From sequence record NC_019407.1: a stretch of DNA of 64,000 bases; one strand, given 5' to 3'. The notes under the pieces are model-generated. The model was not told where the DNA came from. It made no database searches and saw only the letters and a list, made by a program, of their open reading frames with translations. Both the position numbers and the translations under genes were made by a program. This document shows positions 62,934 through 64,000 of the stretch, piece after piece (position 1 is the first letter of the stretch; each line of letters opens with the position of its first letter).

Positions 62934-63442
62934 CAGGCCGCCGGGGCGATCCAGTCCTCGCGGTCGTCGGCGTAGAGCACCGCCGCCAGCTTCCCCGTGC
63001 CGATGTCGCACTTGGCCGCCGCCTCGACCGCCTGGGGCGCGGTGGCCCCCATGTGGAGCGCGCCCAGGGCCGACCACGTGCCCGAGCCGAAGGCGTAGAA
63101 CGGCGCGCGCATGGTGTAGGCCGGCGCGCCGCTCTCGAACCGCAGGCAAAGACCATCGGGCAGGATGATGTAGCCGTTGGTCTCCTTGTCCGGCTTCTCG
63201 GGGCGCCCCATGTCGCAATAGGCGTCGCGCCCGCCGCTGGCCAGCCACTCGTCGAAGGCCGGCGAGCGCACCCAGTCGTTGAAGATTTGGACGTAGGCCG
63301 ATTCACCCGCCGCGCCGAACAGCAGCGTGCCGCCAGGACCCTTGCGCTTGCCGATCTTCTGGACATTCCCGCAGGGCGTCCAGAGGTCGAGAACCCGAGC
63401 GTCAGCGGCCAGCACGCCGTCGCGATAGACGATACACGTCAT
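62933..63442 (-). CDS. Ntn-hydrolase / HslV-proteasome-like peptidase
   Basis: M-T1-CIV...LAAD, AFGSG, ALGAL and QAVEAA..D.GTG motifs. Confidence 0.8.
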   Translation of the reverse strand: MTCIVYRDGVLAADARVLDLWTPCGNVQKIGKRKGPGGTLLFGAAGESAYVQIFNDWVRSPAFDEWLASGGRDAYCDMGRPEKPDKETNGYIILPDGLCLRFESGAPAYTMRAPFYAFGSGTWSALGALHMGATAPQAVEAAAKCDIGTGKLAAVLYADDREDWIAPAA

Positions 63443-63472
63443 ACGTCCAAACTCCTCAAAAGCAACTTCAGA

Positions 63473-64000
63473 TCAGCGCGGGGCTTGCGGCAGGCGCTTG
63501 GCCGCCGGGTTCCGGGCCGAGCCCGTGGTCGGACCCGCCAGACGCCCGACCTTCTCGGCCTTGAAGCCCTCGGGGCGCAGGGGCGTGCGCGACTTGCCCG
63601 ACGCGGCGGACCGCTCCTTGACGAGGTCATCGCCGCCCTGGGTCTGGGGCGTGGCGCCCTTGATCACGCCGCCCTTGCGGTTGACGTTCGGGGCGTTGAC
63701 CGACTGGACCTGCCCGTTGGCGCCAGCCGCGATCTGGCGCGTCGTCAGATCGACCAGGGCGTCGGCGAAGGCCGACAGCAAGGCCAGGGCGGAGTCCTCG
63801 ACCGGCTTAGCCGAGACGCCGGTGAAGCCGGTGTCCTCGTGCTTGGCCTTGCCGCTGATCCGCACCGAGATCAGCCGGGTCTTCTTGTTGCGGAACAGCC
63901 CCGAGACCTCCTCGCGGGTCGAGACGTCGACGCGGGCGCCGGGCGCGACCGTTTCCAGAAGGGCCAGGGTGGCGTAGTAGCTGTTGACGAAATTGAGGGC
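63473..64000 (-). CDS. Hypothetical protein, C-terminal part (5'-truncated by window edge)
   Basis: Frame is open to the window end; basic low-complexity C-terminus. Confidence 0.6.
   Translation of the reverse strand, partial: ALNFVNSYYATLALLETVAPGARVDVSTREEVSGLFRNKKTRLISVRISGKAKHEDTGFTGVSAKPVEDSALALLSAFADALVDLTTRQIAAGANGQVQSVNAPNVNRKGGVIKGATPQTQGGDDLVKERSAASGKSRTPLRPEGFKAEKVGRLAGPTTGSARNPAAKRLPQAPR

Noticed and set aside
2371-63977. Many long antisense or alternative-frame ORFs (e.g. 5149-9543-, 8895-12149-, 20955-23588+, 46099-50100+)
   Set aside because: Shadow ORFs from high GC3 on the true coding strand; no motifs and complete overlap with recognisable genes.

Overview
64 kb of a GC-rich, large siphophage genome. 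Gene content, sigma70/73-type promoters, GANTC and CtrA-like motifs and an alphaproteobacterial two-piece tmRNA all point to a phiCbK-like Caulobacter phage (inference). 1-17.2 kb (+): tape measure (5'-truncated), GTA-like tail tip, tail fibres and lysis cassette. 17.6-38 kb (-): XRE regulator, then dNTP and replication genes (dUTPase, NrdB-glutaredoxin fusion, intein-containing NrdA, ThyX, dNMP kinase, RecD-like helicase, SSB-like protein, Cas4-like nuclease, T7-like PolA, two methyltransferases). 41.2-64 kb: SNF2 helicase, HhH glycosylase, rIIA/rIIB, tyrosine recombinase, primase-helicase, YqeY, ligase and accessory genes. The most striking feature is a ~3.2 kb protein-free RNA island (38.0-41.2 kb). 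It holds an unassigned ~660-nt structured RNA, a ~870-nt GOLLD-like RNA with an embedded tRNA-Lys module, a circularly permuted tmRNA, a hairpin array and three atypical tRNAs. A further ~290-nt promoter/terminator-bounded RNA follows the lysis genes. A 15-bp GANTC-centred palindrome overlapping -35 boxes recurs in nine intergenic regions. All RNA folds were read by eye, not computed.
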